From IMG/VR virus record IMGVR_UViG_3300013102_000003, positions 134,644-168,556 of that record: DNA of 33,913 nt, one strand, 5' to 3'. Shown one piece after another: positions 15,325 to 24,732 of the stretch (position 1 is the stretch's first letter; each line of letters opens with the position of its first letter). The position numbers were made by a program, and so were the translations under genes. This stretch comes from a virus (lineage: Duplodnaviria; Heunggongvirae; Uroviricota; Caudoviricetes). The notes under the pieces are model-generated. The model was given only the letters and a program-made list of their open reading frames with translations. It did not search any database and was not told where the DNA came from.

Positions 15325-16014
15325 ATGGCTACCCTATGGATTAGTGCAGCAGATACTATAGACCCAACCGGGCCGTATACTGAGTCTGCTGTCCAGTTTG
15401 CCTGCTTTGTGCTCTACAAACTGTCCGGCGAGAAATATAACGGAATCCAAACCACCACTGAAGTCTACACCGCTGACAATATGATGTCAAATCTCACTCA
15501 GCCCACCGTCGTTGGCGGCAACATGTACAACTTCCCGCGATTCGCAGACGGGCACCGTGAGCTTAGACTCCGACACACGCCCATCCGATCCATCCAATCT
15601 ATCACGTATCTAGGTCGAACACTAGACCCATCCGAGTATTCTCTGAGAAACAACAGCTATGTTGTCCAGAAGAACGCTATGCCGTGGGTCCTGAATCCCG
15701 TAACAGAACTTGAAGTAACCTACGAGTACGGCACACCGCCTCCCGCAGCAGGACGACGCGCAGCTATCAGGCTCGCCAATGAGCTAATTCTTTGGGACAG
15801 AGGCTCAGGAAACTGTGCGCTTCCCGAGAGAATTTCCTCCGTCTCCAAGCAGGGTGTGTCATACACTATCATGGACCCGCAAGAATTCATCTCCAACGGT
15901 AAGGTTGGGATCTACGAAATTGATCTCTTCCTTGCAGCAGTAAATCCCACCAAGGCTAAAAAGAGGCCAAAAGTGTTCTTGGCTAATGGGCCAAGAGCGG
16001 AAAGAGTAAACTAA
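15325..16014 (+). CDS. Head-to-tail adaptor
   Basis: ATG 15325 with RBS GGAG (the listed 15265 start lies inside the terminator). EVTYEYGTPPP...CALPERISSVSKQGVSY...GKVGIYEIDLFLAAVNP is the adaptor signature in cluster-B-like actinophages. Confidence 0.8.
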   Translation: MATLWISAADTIDPTGPYTESAVQFACFVLYKLSGEKYNGIQTTTEVYTADNMMSNLTQPTVVGGNMYNFPRFADGHRELRLRHTPIRSIQSITYLGRTLDPSEYSLRNNSYVVQKNAMPWVLNPVTELEVTYEYGTPPPAAGRRAAIRLANELILWDRGSGNCALPERISSVSKQGVSYTIMDPQEFISNGKVGIYEIDLFLAAVNPTKAKKRPKVFLANGPRAERVN

Positions 16015-16015
16015 T

Positions 16016-16264
16016 ATGAGCGATACAGATCCTTACGCAGCCCCCGTAGCCGAAGAAGCAGCATTCGTTGTTCCTACACCCGCCGAGCCAGAAGCCGTAG
16101 AAGCCCCTGTAACGGAAGAGATTTCCGTCCCTGAGGGTTCTATCAAGACTGTCCTCGCTTGGGTCGGAGACGACGCCACAAAGGCGCAGGCAGCACTTGA
16201 CGCAGAGAGCAAGGGCGAGAAGCGCACTTCCCTCATCACCAAGCTAGAATCCATCATTAACTAA
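16016..16264 (+). CDS. Small hypothetical virion-region protein (82 aa) with a C-terminal helical module
   Basis: Tightly packed ORF with an acidic Pro/Ala N-terminus followed by VPEGSIKTVLAWVGDD...AALDAE...KRTSLITKL. Confidence 0.75.
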   Translation: MSDTDPYAAPVAEEAAFVVPTPAEPEAVEAPVTEEISVPEGSIKTVLAWVGDDATKAQAALDAESKGEKRTSLITKLESIIN

Positions 16265-16278
16265 CACTAGGAACCGCC

Positions 16279-16824
16279 ATGCTTGACCCAAATGAATTTG
16301 TCGATCTGGCGGACCGCATTCTTGAAACAGTTGTAGCGACATACGCCGACCACGAGGTAGAACTCCCTGAACGGAGATACCTCGCGGTCGGCGGTTCAGG
16401 TTCCACAGTTCACGATTGTGAACAGGTCACGGTATCTTTTGAGCAGGGTTATTCCGGTCTTCCGGGAAACCAAGCCATGGAGCCGGTCAAATGTGCAGGC
16501 CCACGCTCCGGTGTTTTCGTGATTGAAGTGGTCCGCGCCTTGCCGCTATCCAACACGGAAGCGGCCAACCCAGCCACACCAGTACCGTCCCGATACGGGA
16601 ACGTGACATCCGGTGTCGCCATCCTCCCAGCAGAGGTACAGAGTGCGATTGCCCGCAAGCAGATGCGGGACGCCATGCTTCTCATTGATGCCGGTCTGCG
16701 GGCCGGAGAAACCCAGCTTACAGGATCTCTCGCTGACGTATCCGCTGGACAGCCACAGGGTGGTTTTCAGGCCATTACGTTGGTACTGACGCTCTCCGCA
16801 TTGGGTACCATGTACGATGGCTAG
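16279..16824 (+). CDS. Head-tail connector / tail terminator-like protein
   Basis: RBS AGGA. Located between the adaptor and neck genes; contains HDCEQVTV and PQGG motifs. The precise role is inferred from synteny. Confidence 0.55.
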   Translation: MLDPNEFVDLADRILETVVATYADHEVELPERRYLAVGGSGSTVHDCEQVTVSFEQGYSGLPGNQAMEPVKCAGPRSGVFVIEVVRALPLSNTEAANPATPVPSRYGNVTSGVAILPAEVQSAIARKQMRDAMLLIDAGLRAGETQLTGSLADVSAGQPQGGFQAITLVLTLSALGTMYDG

Positions 16825-17200
16825 ATTCGTACTGGATCGCGCCGTCTATGACGAGATCACCAAATCTCCCACCGGAATGACCGGAAGACATTTGGGAAAG
16901 CTTGGCGCGAAGCTGAGAACCCTTGCCCGAGCACAGGTTGGCGTAAAAACTGGCGCACTCAAGGCCTCCATCCACTACAACGTGGTCAGAAACGGTCGAG
17001 GACTTCACGTTCTCATCGGATCTGACAACAAAATCGCCCTCATGCATCACCAAGGAACCCGCCCGCATATCATCCTTCCGCGCCGAGCGCAAACATTGAG
17101 GTTTTATTCTCATGGTAGAATAGTATATGCACAGGTTGTGCGTCATCCCGGTACAAAGCCTAACAGATACCTGACGGATAACCTAAGACGAGTCATCTGA
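16817..17200 (+). CDS. HK97 gp10-like neck/tail completion protein
   Basis: Basic 127-aa protein with VGVKTGALKASI...HHQGTRPHII.P...LRF...VRHPGTKPNRYL; 8-nt overlap with the previous gene. Confidence 0.8.
   Translation: MARFVLDRAVYDEITKSPTGMTGRHLGKLGAKLRTLARAQVGVKTGALKASIHYNVVRNGRGLHVLIGSDNKIALMHHQGTRPHIILPRRAQTLRFYSHGRIVYAQVVRHPGTKPNRYLTDNLRRVI
17113..17121 (+). promoter_or_regulatory. Putative internal extended -10 (TGGTAGAAT) upstream of the tail chaperone
   Basis: Locally AT-rich patch inside the 3' end of 16817..17200, about 110 nt before ATG 17231. Confidence 0.45.
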
Positions 17201-17230
17201 CACTAAGAAATAACGACACAGGAGCCACCC

Positions 17231-17560
17231 ATGGCAGCACGTAAAGTAAAGTCCTTCACCTCCACCGCCCCGAAGGATGTAGTAGAGCCTATCACATTCG
17301 AACTCGAAGGCGAAAACTTCGAAGCCTACGGTCAGGTTCCCGGAGCGGTCCTTCTGGACTTTATCGCAGCATCCTCGCAGGAAGATTCCAACGGAACCGC
17401 AGGAGCCATTCTAGGCTACCTGAAGAGTTCCATGGACCGCGAGAACTTCAAGCGTTTCGACAAGCTCACCCGCGACCCTGAGAAGGTCATCCAGCTTCAG
17501 GTACTAGCCGATATCGTAGCATATCTGATTGAAGAGCGCACCTCGCGCCCTACGGACTAG
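17231..17560 (+). CDS. Tail assembly chaperone (G-like)
   Basis: RBS AGGAG; 109 aa; two ORFs upstream of the tape measure; ends ...EERTSRPTD*. Confidence 0.85.
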   Translation: MAARKVKSFTSTAPKDVVEPITFELEGENFEAYGQVPGAVLLDFIAASSQEDSNGTAGAILGYLKSSMDRENFKRFDKLTRDPEKVIQLQVLADIVAYLIEERTSRPTD

Positions 17561-17928
17561 TCATAGGCGTTGGTCAGGAATTCTTGAGGTGGTGGCCGTA
17601 TTATGACGGCCACTACCTTTTGAACAAGAAAACTGACCTCCTAGAGCTATTCAACGAATATGATTCAGACCGGGTTATGAATATGATTGATAACCTAATA
17701 ATCGATGATAGTGTCTATGACCAGCGAAATGACGGTCTTGTTTTGAAAAGCCGTACGTCTCTCGACAGAGACTATGGTAGAATTAAGAGAAGTAATACTT
17801 CTCAAGTAGCCACTGACGACATCTTCGACACTCTAGCAGATGCTGAAGCTGGGCTTATTACCGGAATTGACGCGACAGACGACGGAACTTTACCGGGTCT
17901 CGCCGGTATACCCATGATGAGCTTGTAG
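17548..17928 (+). CDS. Tail assembly chaperone frameshift extension (GT-like), -1 frame
   Basis: The -1 frame is open from 17533 to 17928 and overlaps the end of the chaperone, reading PYGLVIGVGQEFLRWWPYYDGHY... The listed TTG 17584 has only a poorly spaced RBS. Confidence 0.7.
   Translation, partial: PYGLVIGVGQEFLRWWPYYDGHYLLNKKTDLLELFNEYDSDRVMNMIDNLIIDDSVYDQRNDGLVLKSRTSLDRDYGRIKRSNTSQVATDDIFDTLADAEAGLITGIDATDDGTLPGLAGIPMMSL
17775..17783 (+). promoter_or_regulatory. Putative internal extended -10 (TGGTAGAAT) upstream of the tape measure
   Basis: Same motif, about 180 nt before GTG 17966. Confidence 0.45.
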
Positions 17929-17965
17929 CTCTCGCCCATGTTGATTTAGAAAGTGAAGTGGTTCG

Positions 17966-20900
17966 GTGGCTATTATTGGAACAGCCTACGTCCAGATCCG
18001 AGCCGAAGACAAGCACTTCGAAGCCGACGTACGCGCAGCAGCACGTAGAATCAAGAATGTCGCCATCCAGCTAAAGGCCGATGTCGATATGACAAAGGCG
18101 TCCAAGAAAATCCGTGATCTTAGGTACCGCATCACCTCAAAGGATGCGGTACTTAAGATCGACGCGGATGTCACCAAGGCTGACGCCAAGATGGCAAAGC
18201 TTCTCAGCAAGTTCCTTGAGAACGACCTTGAGTTCAACGCTGTTGCCAACACCGCTGGTGCAGATTCCCAGCTTACCGCACTTCGTACCCGCTTTGCGCA
18301 CACCCGCTCGACATTCAACGCTGACGCCGACACAGGAGCAGCCGAAGCCCAACTTGACTTTGCTGCCCGAAACCGCACAGCTAAGATCAGTGCCAAGCTT
18401 GACCCGCAAACCACTGCCGCCCTCAAGGGCCTCTTCAACACACTCACAGGTACAATCCCCTATGAGAAGATTCGTGGTACCCTCTCCGCAGTAGCAGCAA
18501 ACTTTGAGGCCATTGCCGTCAAGGGTACAGCCATCGTATCTGTCATTGGCGGTATCAGTGCTGAGATTCTTACTGCCGGTGCTAACATCCTCAGTGTCGG
18601 TGGAGACATCTCTGAGGCCGTAGGATTGATAGCCCTTATGCCTACCGCTATGGGTTCCATGGTGACCATCATGGGCGCTATGAAGATGGCGTGGACAAAC
18701 TTCGGTAAGGCCTTCAACAAGGATGCCAAGAAGTCCGCTGCCGCTCTGGCGGAACTGCCTAAAGAGGCACAGAACACTGTCAAGGCCCTCAAGGGTGTCT
18801 ACGCGCAGATCCAGAAGCCCGTTCAGAAGGCCTTTTGGGTCTCCATGGGCACTTCCCTACAGGACACCGTCAAGAGGCTCCTACCGGCCCTTACAGACGG
18901 TTTCGTCAAGGTAGGCGGGTCTCTCGGAACAGTGACCAAGGAAGTCTCACTTGCCTTTGGACGTCTTGGTGACGGGACACTCCAGAAGATGTTCGAGCAC
19001 CTAGCCGGATTCCTCGATAACCTCGCGCCCGGAATGGGACGCCTCATTGACGCGTTCAACATTCTCGGGAAGGTCGGAGCAACCTACCTCCCACAGTTCG
19101 GAACATACCTCACCTCACTCGCCACCCAGTTCAAGGGCTTCATCGAGAATGCCGAGAAGACTGGAAAGATCAACGAGTGGATCGAAACCGGTACTAAGAG
19201 ACTACAGGAAATGGGTTCCATTGTCAAGTCCACCACCGGTATCTTCGGTGGACTGGTTGACGCTTCGCGCCGTGCCGGTGCTCCCGGACTTACCGAGATG
19301 GCCGCTAGCTTGCGCGACATCAGGGACCTTGTCAACGGTGAACCGTTCCAGAGCCGCCTGACCACAGTACTTGAAGGTGCCAGAACTGGTGCAGCTTACT
19401 TGGGTGAAGCCTTTAGTGATCTTGCAAAGTTCGTTGGTGATTCCTCCACAGCCATTGGCATCTTCCTGACCGAGTCCTCCGTAGTCGTATCCAAGTTCAT
19501 TGGCAGCATCAAAACCCTCTTTGACGGTACCGGCCTTGGGTCCGGACTCATTACAGCCATGGATGGAATGGCTACTGCCCTAGATATCCTCCAGCCCGGT
19601 TTCGCTGACCTCGGGTCTAGTATCGGGAACCTTGGAATCATCTCCGGAGAAGTATTCAAGGGCATGGCTCCCGGCCTGAATCAGCTATTTGATACAATCG
19701 ATAAGGTCATTGAGTCCATCAAGCAGGGCGTCATTGACGCTCTCCCAGTATTCAACACATTCATGCAGGCGCTCCTTGGACTCGCTCAGGGTCCAATTGT
19801 AGCACTTGCTACCGGAGTTGGCAACCTTCTCACAGCATTCTCCAAACTGCCCGCAGCCATTCAGACAGTCATGATGTCGATTGGCCTATTCCTGCTGCTC
19901 AAGAAGGGCTTCGACAAGTTCTTTGGCGGTCTGGGTAAGAGCCTACAGGACGAGACTACCAACGCCGGTAAGTCATTCGGACAGGTCCGAAGGGGTGCGG
20001 CACAGATGCGCGGAGGCGTCCGTGACGCTTTCGCCACTATGGGTGCATCCGCCAAGAACTTTGGTGTTGCTCTCTCTGAAGGCGTCGGTAAGTCATTCAG
20101 CCCTCTGGTAGGCCGTGCACAGGATATGGCTGACAAGATGAAGGGGGCCATGCAGCAGGCCGGTGCCGGATTCAGACAGGGTGTGAATCTAGGTCCATAT
20201 CTTGACGGTGTCAAGAGGGGTCTGGGTGACGTAGCCACACGTACAAAGCAGACTATTAGTGGTATGGGTGACCAGCTTAAAGGCGTCGGGAAGGACTTGG
20301 CGCGTTCGCTGGTACCCGCTGGCAGTGCTCTGGACAACTTTGGCAAAAAGATCAAGGACACCGCATCACAGGTACACAATAACCTACAACCTGCTCGTGA
20401 CGCGTTCAAGGCCCTAGGCCCTGCCGCCCTCACGGCTGGTAAGAATCTCGGAGCTAACCTTGGGGCTGGACTGAAGCAGGCTGGCGGTGGACTCATGTCC
20501 GCGCTGGGTGGCGGCTGGGGTCTAGCTCTCATGGGCGCTACCATGGCAATCGGGCTATTCGCTGACTCTCAAGCTAAGGCTGAATCCAAGGTCGCCAGCC
20601 TTGCGGGTGCCCTTGATGAGCAGTCTGCTGCCTTCACAGGCGCTGCCAAGAAGATGCTGGCTGCTGACGTTCTGGATCAGGACGCCAACTGGTTCGATGA
20701 CCTCATGAGGTCCGGGCGACGCAACATGGAAGAGCTTGTACGCGATACAGGTATGAACATGGATCAGGTTATGGAAACTTTGTCCAACCCTCAGGGGCGA
20801 GACGAGTTTGTCAATAACTTCAAGAAGATCCGTGACGCAACTGGTGAGGGCAATGAGGTAACTCAGGAACTTGCTGCTTCTGTCAATATGACTACCGATA

Positions 20901-22948
20901 ATTTCAAAGGTCTTTCCCAGACAGACCTCAATGAGATGACAAAGCAGATTGAGGACGGAGCTAATTCGGCTAAGAAGGCGGAAGAGCGCGTACTGGCTTT
21001 GGCTCAGGCGACCGGTAAAACTACTGTACAGGCAACTATCCTCGCACGGAACTTTGACACCCTAAAGTCATCCACCTCCAGCGTGAGTGAGAAATTTGCC
21101 GCGCTTAAGCAGAACCTTGATGTCGCTGGCGACGGAATGGCGTCTGCCAGCACTAACGCGCTTGGTTTTGCAAAATCGGTATTCGATCTGGAGGATGGAA
21201 TCAAGAGTATCGGTGGGGAGTATGACCACTGGGAGGAAAACCAGACCAAGTTCAGCGAGTCATTCAAGAAGGGCCTGCTGGACATTAACGGGCAATGGAA
21301 CACCACCTCTAGGGGTGCTGTAGCTTTCGGGCAGCAGATGGACGGAGCAAGGGACGCAGTCCTCCAGTCCGGTGCCGCCGAACTTAAGCGCCTTCAGGAC
21401 ACAGGAATGAAGTTCCCTGAGGCTGCTGCCGGTGCGTTGAAGGTTATGAACGATGGTGCCAAGCAGGTCAGGACAACCCTCGAAAAGGCGGGCCTTGATG
21501 TCGGTACTGTCAACACTATCATGGCTAACCTCAAGCTCAACCCGGAGAACCTAAAGGCTGCTGTAGCCGTTGATACCAAGGACGCAGAAAGCAAGCTACT
21601 CCATCTTGAGATTATGAAGGCCGGTGTCATGTCCGGTAACTGGGAAGTAGCTCTTACAGCATCCAGCAAGCAGGTACAGGACACCATCCTCGGTACTGAC
21701 AGAATGAGGGAAGCATACAAGAACGGCGGCTGGGAGGCTGTCGCAACTCTGAAGGATGACACCGGCAAGAGCATGGGCGAGCTTATGACTAAGATCGCCC
21801 TAGCCAAGGATGACTCTGAAGTTGAAGTCCTTCTTAAGGCTGCTTTCCCTGACTCCCACGTGTTCGATGAGGCCAAGCAGAAGGCCAAAGAGTACGGCAT
21901 GATGGATGTCAAGGCAGCACTCGGTGTCGAGGACAACGCCACTGCGCCTACGGAACTCGCTAAGAAGGCTATTGAAGAGTATAACCTAACACCTACTCTT
22001 GACAAGTACCTCAAGGGCGTTGACTTGACTGGCCCTGCTACTGAGTCAGCCAAGGCTACCATGAGTGCTCTTCCTGATGTCACCCGCAAGATGGAAGCAC
22101 AGGACGCTACTGAGGACGGCAAGAACCAAGCCGCGATCACCATGAACCAGCTTAATGATGTTACTCGCAAGTTCTTTGGAGACAACCAGACACAGGGCGG
22201 AAAGGATTCCGCAACTGGTACGATGGAATCTCTGAAGAGCGTCACTAGGGATCTTTCGGCAAATGACGCTGCTGCTCCCGGAAGGAATGCAGCCCAAGGA
22301 ACCATCGACGCGCTCAGAGGCAAGGAAGTCAAGCTCACGGCTGACGATCAGGCTTCAGGTGTGGTCGGTGCAGTTGACAGACAGACAATCGGCAACAAAA
22401 CCTTCACTGTCAGTGCACTCTGGGATGCCGCGTCGTTTGCAATCAAGCACGCCCTCGGATTCGCTAATGGTGGAATCATGAAGAACAACGTTCAGACTTT
22501 CGCAAACGGTGGTATACTTAGTAAGGCAGTTGCTCCGGCAGTCAAGGCCTATGCAAATGGTGGAATTGAAAACCACGTTGCACAGATTGCCTACAAGTCT
22601 GCGGCTGTCCCAATGCGTATCTGGGCTGAGGCTGAAGGCGGCGAAGCATATATCCCGCTGGCTCTCAGCAAGCGTAAGCGTTCGTTGGAAATCCTCCGTC
22701 AGGTTATGGCAGAGTTCGGTCTGGAGAAGTACGCCATGTTCGCTGACGGTGGCTTCAACAACAAGCCGGTTCAACCGTCCGTTGTCAAGTCGCGCCATGC
22801 TACCACAACCAGCGCAGTAAGTCCAGCCGCTCACGGCGGTGCCGGAACGCAAATCAACTTCACCGTCAACCCGTCACAGGGTCTTTCAGAAGCGCAGATC
22901 GGTGAATCTGCCATGAAGGAACTCTACTGGCAGATAGCTAGCCGTTAG
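17966..22948 (+). CDS. Tape measure protein (1660 aa)
   Basis: N-terminal MAIIGTAYVQIRA, a long Ala/Gly-rich amphipathic helical body with hydrophobic segments, C-terminal (F/Y)A(N/D)GG repeats and AEAEGGEAYIPL. It follows the chaperone pair. Confidence 0.95.
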   Translation: MAIIGTAYVQIRAEDKHFEADVRAAARRIKNVAIQLKADVDMTKASKKIRDLRYRITSKDAVLKIDADVTKADAKMAKLLSKFLENDLEFNAVANTAGADSQLTALRTRFAHTRSTFNADADTGAAEAQLDFAARNRTAKISAKLDPQTTAALKGLFNTLTGTIPYEKIRGTLSAVAANFEAIAVKGTAIVSVIGGISAEILTAGANILSVGGDISEAVGLIALMPTAMGSMVTIMGAMKMAWTNFGKAFNKDAKKSAAALAELPKEAQNTVKALKGVYAQIQKPVQKAFWVSMGTSLQDTVKRLLPALTDGFVKVGGSLGTVTKEVSLAFGRLGDGTLQKMFEHLAGFLDNLAPGMGRLIDAFNILGKVGATYLPQFGTYLTSLATQFKGFIENAEKTGKINEWIETGTKRLQEMGSIVKSTTGIFGGLVDASRRAGAPGLTEMAASLRDIRDLVNGEPFQSRLTTVLEGARTGAAYLGEAFSDLAKFVGDSSTAIGIFLTESSVVVSKFIGSIKTLFDGTGLGSGLITAMDGMATALDILQPGFADLGSSIGNLGIISGEVFKGMAPGLNQLFDTIDKVIESIKQGVIDALPVFNTFMQALLGLAQGPIVALATGVGNLLTAFSKLPAAIQTVMMSIGLFLLLKKGFDKFFGGLGKSLQDETTNAGKSFGQVRRGAAQMRGGVRDAFATMGASAKNFGVALSEGVGKSFSPLVGRAQDMADKMKGAMQQAGAGFRQGVNLGPYLDGVKRGLGDVATRTKQTISGMGDQLKGVGKDLARSLVPAGSALDNFGKKIKDTASQVHNNLQPARDAFKALGPAALTAGKNLGANLGAGLKQAGGGLMSALGGGWGLALMGATMAIGLFADSQAKAESKVASLAGALDEQSAAFTGAAKKMLAADVLDQDANWFDDLMRSGRRNMEELVRDTGMNMDQVMETLSNPQGRDEFVNNFKKIRDATGEGNEVTQELAASVNMTTDNFKGLSQTDLNEMTKQIEDGANSAKKAEERVLALAQATGKTTVQATILARNFDTLKSSTSSVSEKFAALKQNLDVAGDGMASASTNALGFAKSVFDLEDGIKSIGGEYDHWEENQTKFSESFKKGLLDINGQWNTTSRGAVAFGQQMDGARDAVLQSGAAELKRLQDTGMKFPEAAAGALKVMNDGAKQVRTTLEKAGLDVGTVNTIMANLKLNPENLKAAVAVDTKDAESKLLHLEIMKAGVMSGNWEVALTASSKQVQDTILGTDRMREAYKNGGWEAVATLKDDTGKSMGELMTKIALAKDDSEVEVLLKAAFPDSHVFDEAKQKAKEYGMMDVKAALGVEDNATAPTELAKKAIEEYNLTPTLDKYLKGVDLTGPATESAKATMSALPDVTRKMEAQDATEDGKNQAAITMNQLNDVTRKFFGDNQTQGGKDSATGTMESLKSVTRDLSANDAAAPGRNAAQGTIDALRGKEVKLTADDQASGVVGAVDRQTIGNKTFTVSALWDAASFAIKHALGFANGGIMKNNVQTFANGGILSKAVAPAVKAYANGGIENHVAQIAYKSAAVPMRIWAEAEGGEAYIPLALSKRKRSLEILRQVMAEFGLEKYAMFADGGFNNKPVQPSVVKSRHATTTSAVSPAAHGGAGTQINFTVNPSQGLSEAQIGESAMKELYWQIASR

Positions 22949-22956
22949 GTAACAAG

Positions 22957-23820
22957 ATGTATCTGAAGAATGACAAAATTGTAGCAACACTTGGAACCCT
23001 CATACTGAGGTCTTACCAGACTGGAGATACAAAACAGTTTGTCCTAGACCCGACCGCCGTAACCGGGTGGACGGATGGGTCAAACGTGCGTAGAAACACT
23101 ACACAGCGTCTGAATTCCCACGGTGATTTTCCGGAGAAGGCAGAGATGTCCGCAAGACTGATCTCCTTCTCCGGAACGGCTGTCGCCTCAAGCATTGTCA
23201 AGCTTCAGGAGATGCGAGACTTGCTCGTGGGAACCCTTGCAGACGGCTCCTACGGCTCTCTGAAGGTCGAGACGGTGGCCGGTACCAGATACGCCACCGT
23301 GGGCCTTGAGGGGGCCACCTCGTGGGTCCAGCAGTCGGATCTCTTCGCCACGTGGAAGATCGACTTCTACGCGCCCGATCCGTTTATCTACGGTGAGGAC
23401 CGTACGGTCAGCCTTGGGGCGTCTCAAGCAACGTCCGGTGGAGGTCTGAAGTACATCCTCACCTACCCGCTGAACTACAACACGGATCAGAGCCTGAACA
23501 GAGGTGACGTACTCACCAATAAGGGAAATGCGGAGGCATGGCCGATTATCAAGGTCACCGGAGATTACGCTGACGGGTTTACCATCATGGACAACAATGA
23601 CCACAAGGTAACCTATGAGGGGCAGGTTTCCTACCAGACTCCAGTCACCATTGACATGGGCAGAGGTGTGGCCCTTCAGGGAGGAATTGACAAGTCAACT
23701 CTTCTTTTGGACCGCGACTGGTTTTCGGTAGCTCCCGGTGAAATTCTGCGTCCGTCATTCGAACCGCTTTCATCCGGCACCGGCTTTTGTGATATAATTA
23801 TTAGAGATACTTGGATTTAG
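22957..23820 (+). CDS. Minor tail protein (distal tail protein, Dit-like)
   Basis: First gene after the tape measure; GWTDG...R...HGD...RLISFSG...FYAPDPFIYG...NKGNAEAWP...RDTWI is a siphovirus Dit-type pattern. Confidence 0.8.
   Translation: MYLKNDKIVATLGTLILRSYQTGDTKQFVLDPTAVTGWTDGSNVRRNTTQRLNSHGDFPEKAEMSARLISFSGTAVASSIVKLQEMRDLLVGTLADGSYGSLKVETVAGTRYATVGLEGATSWVQQSDLFATWKIDFYAPDPFIYGEDRTVSLGASQATSGGGLKYILTYPLNYNTDQSLNRGDVLTNKGNAEAWPIIKVTGDYADGFTIMDNNDHKVTYEGQVSYQTPVTIDMGRGVALQGGIDKSTLLLDRDWFSVAPGEILRPSFEPLSSGTGFCDIIIRDTWI
23790..23798 (+). promoter_or_regulatory. Putative internal extended -10 (TGATATAAT)
   Basis: Consensus TGn-TATAAT in the last codons of the Dit-like gene, about 40-50 nt before the next start. 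Confidence 0.55.
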
Positions 23821-23835
23821 TCCAAGAGAAGAGGA

Positions 23836-24732
23836 ATGGACAAAATGACTTCAGGATGGGGCGTTGACGCCACTCTCGCAGGAGGTGTACCGACTTCCGG
23901 TACAACCGATCTAGACGTACGCAAGGTGTGGGGATCTCTCTACACTCCCGGAATTATCTCCGGCTGCGTAATCACCAAAAGCTCATCCCAGCTTAAGTAT
24001 ACTGTAGCGTCGGGGGTTGCGGCAATTCAGACCGCTACCGGCGAAATCGTCATGGCACCTATCGCTGGTGGAACCGTGACGACACCTACTGTTACTTCAA
24101 CCCGAACAGACATCGTATATGCCCAGCAGGCATTCCCCACCATCGAAGGCAACTCCAACATTGTCCTCGGTGTCGCAAGCACGCTCCCTCCAAGAGCCGT
24201 TGCATTGGGAACATACAGTATCACTGCCGGAGCAACCAACACCAACAGTGTCGTGGAGACGGCGGACATCAACTACGTCCTGCCCTACGGCGCGAGCCTT
24301 GGTCTGCTCTACAACTACCAGTACAAATTCGACGGCAAGCTCAACGACACACTCGTCAGGCGCGGACAGGGTTCATTCTACGTGCCCAGCGACCGTCTTG
24401 TCAACGTCACGGTCAACGCCTGCCTCAGTGCACTCCGACCCAATGGTACCGGAGCAGTTGGCTTTGACAACACTGCGTACTGCGAGTATGGCTTCCTCCC
24501 TAACTGTGACGGAGACTTTGTTCTCTGGACTTCTCCGGGACTGCACCAGTCGTGGCAGACACTGACGTTTACCAAGACTATCACTGTATCCAAGGGCCGA
24601 CACAATGTCAACCTCGGCATGCAGAAGATGGTAGGCCCCGGAGATGCGTACGCACACTACGGCACGGACGGTCAAGGGTATGGTAGAATTGGTGTAGAAA
24701 TGATCATCATTGACGCGGGACCACAGAAGTAA
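23836..24732 (+). CDS. Minor tail protein
   Basis: Beta-rich 298-aa protein (alternative start ATG 23845) between the Dit-like and hub-like genes; LKYTVASGVA...RTDIVYAQQ pattern seen in actinophage minor tail proteins. Confidence 0.7.
   Translation: MDKMTSGWGVDATLAGGVPTSGTTDLDVRKVWGSLYTPGIISGCVITKSSSQLKYTVASGVAAIQTATGEIVMAPIAGGTVTTPTVTSTRTDIVYAQQAFPTIEGNSNIVLGVASTLPPRAVALGTYSITAGATNTNSVVETADINYVLPYGASLGLLYNYQYKFDGKLNDTLVRRGQGSFYVPSDRLVNVTVNACLSALRPNGTGAVGFDNTAYCEYGFLPNCDGDFVLWTSPGLHQSWQTLTFTKTITVSKGRHNVNLGMQKMVGPGDAYAHYGTDGQGYGRIGVEMIIIDAGPQK
24681..24689 (+). promoter_or_regulatory. Putative internal extended -10 (TGGTAGAAT)
   Basis: Same motif, about 43 nt before ATG 24732. Confidence 0.45.

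Noticed and set aside
17966-22948. Peptidoglycan hydrolase domain in the tape measure
   Set aside because: No recognisable transglycosylase (ES..GLxQ), M23 (HxGxD) or Rpf motifs by eye.
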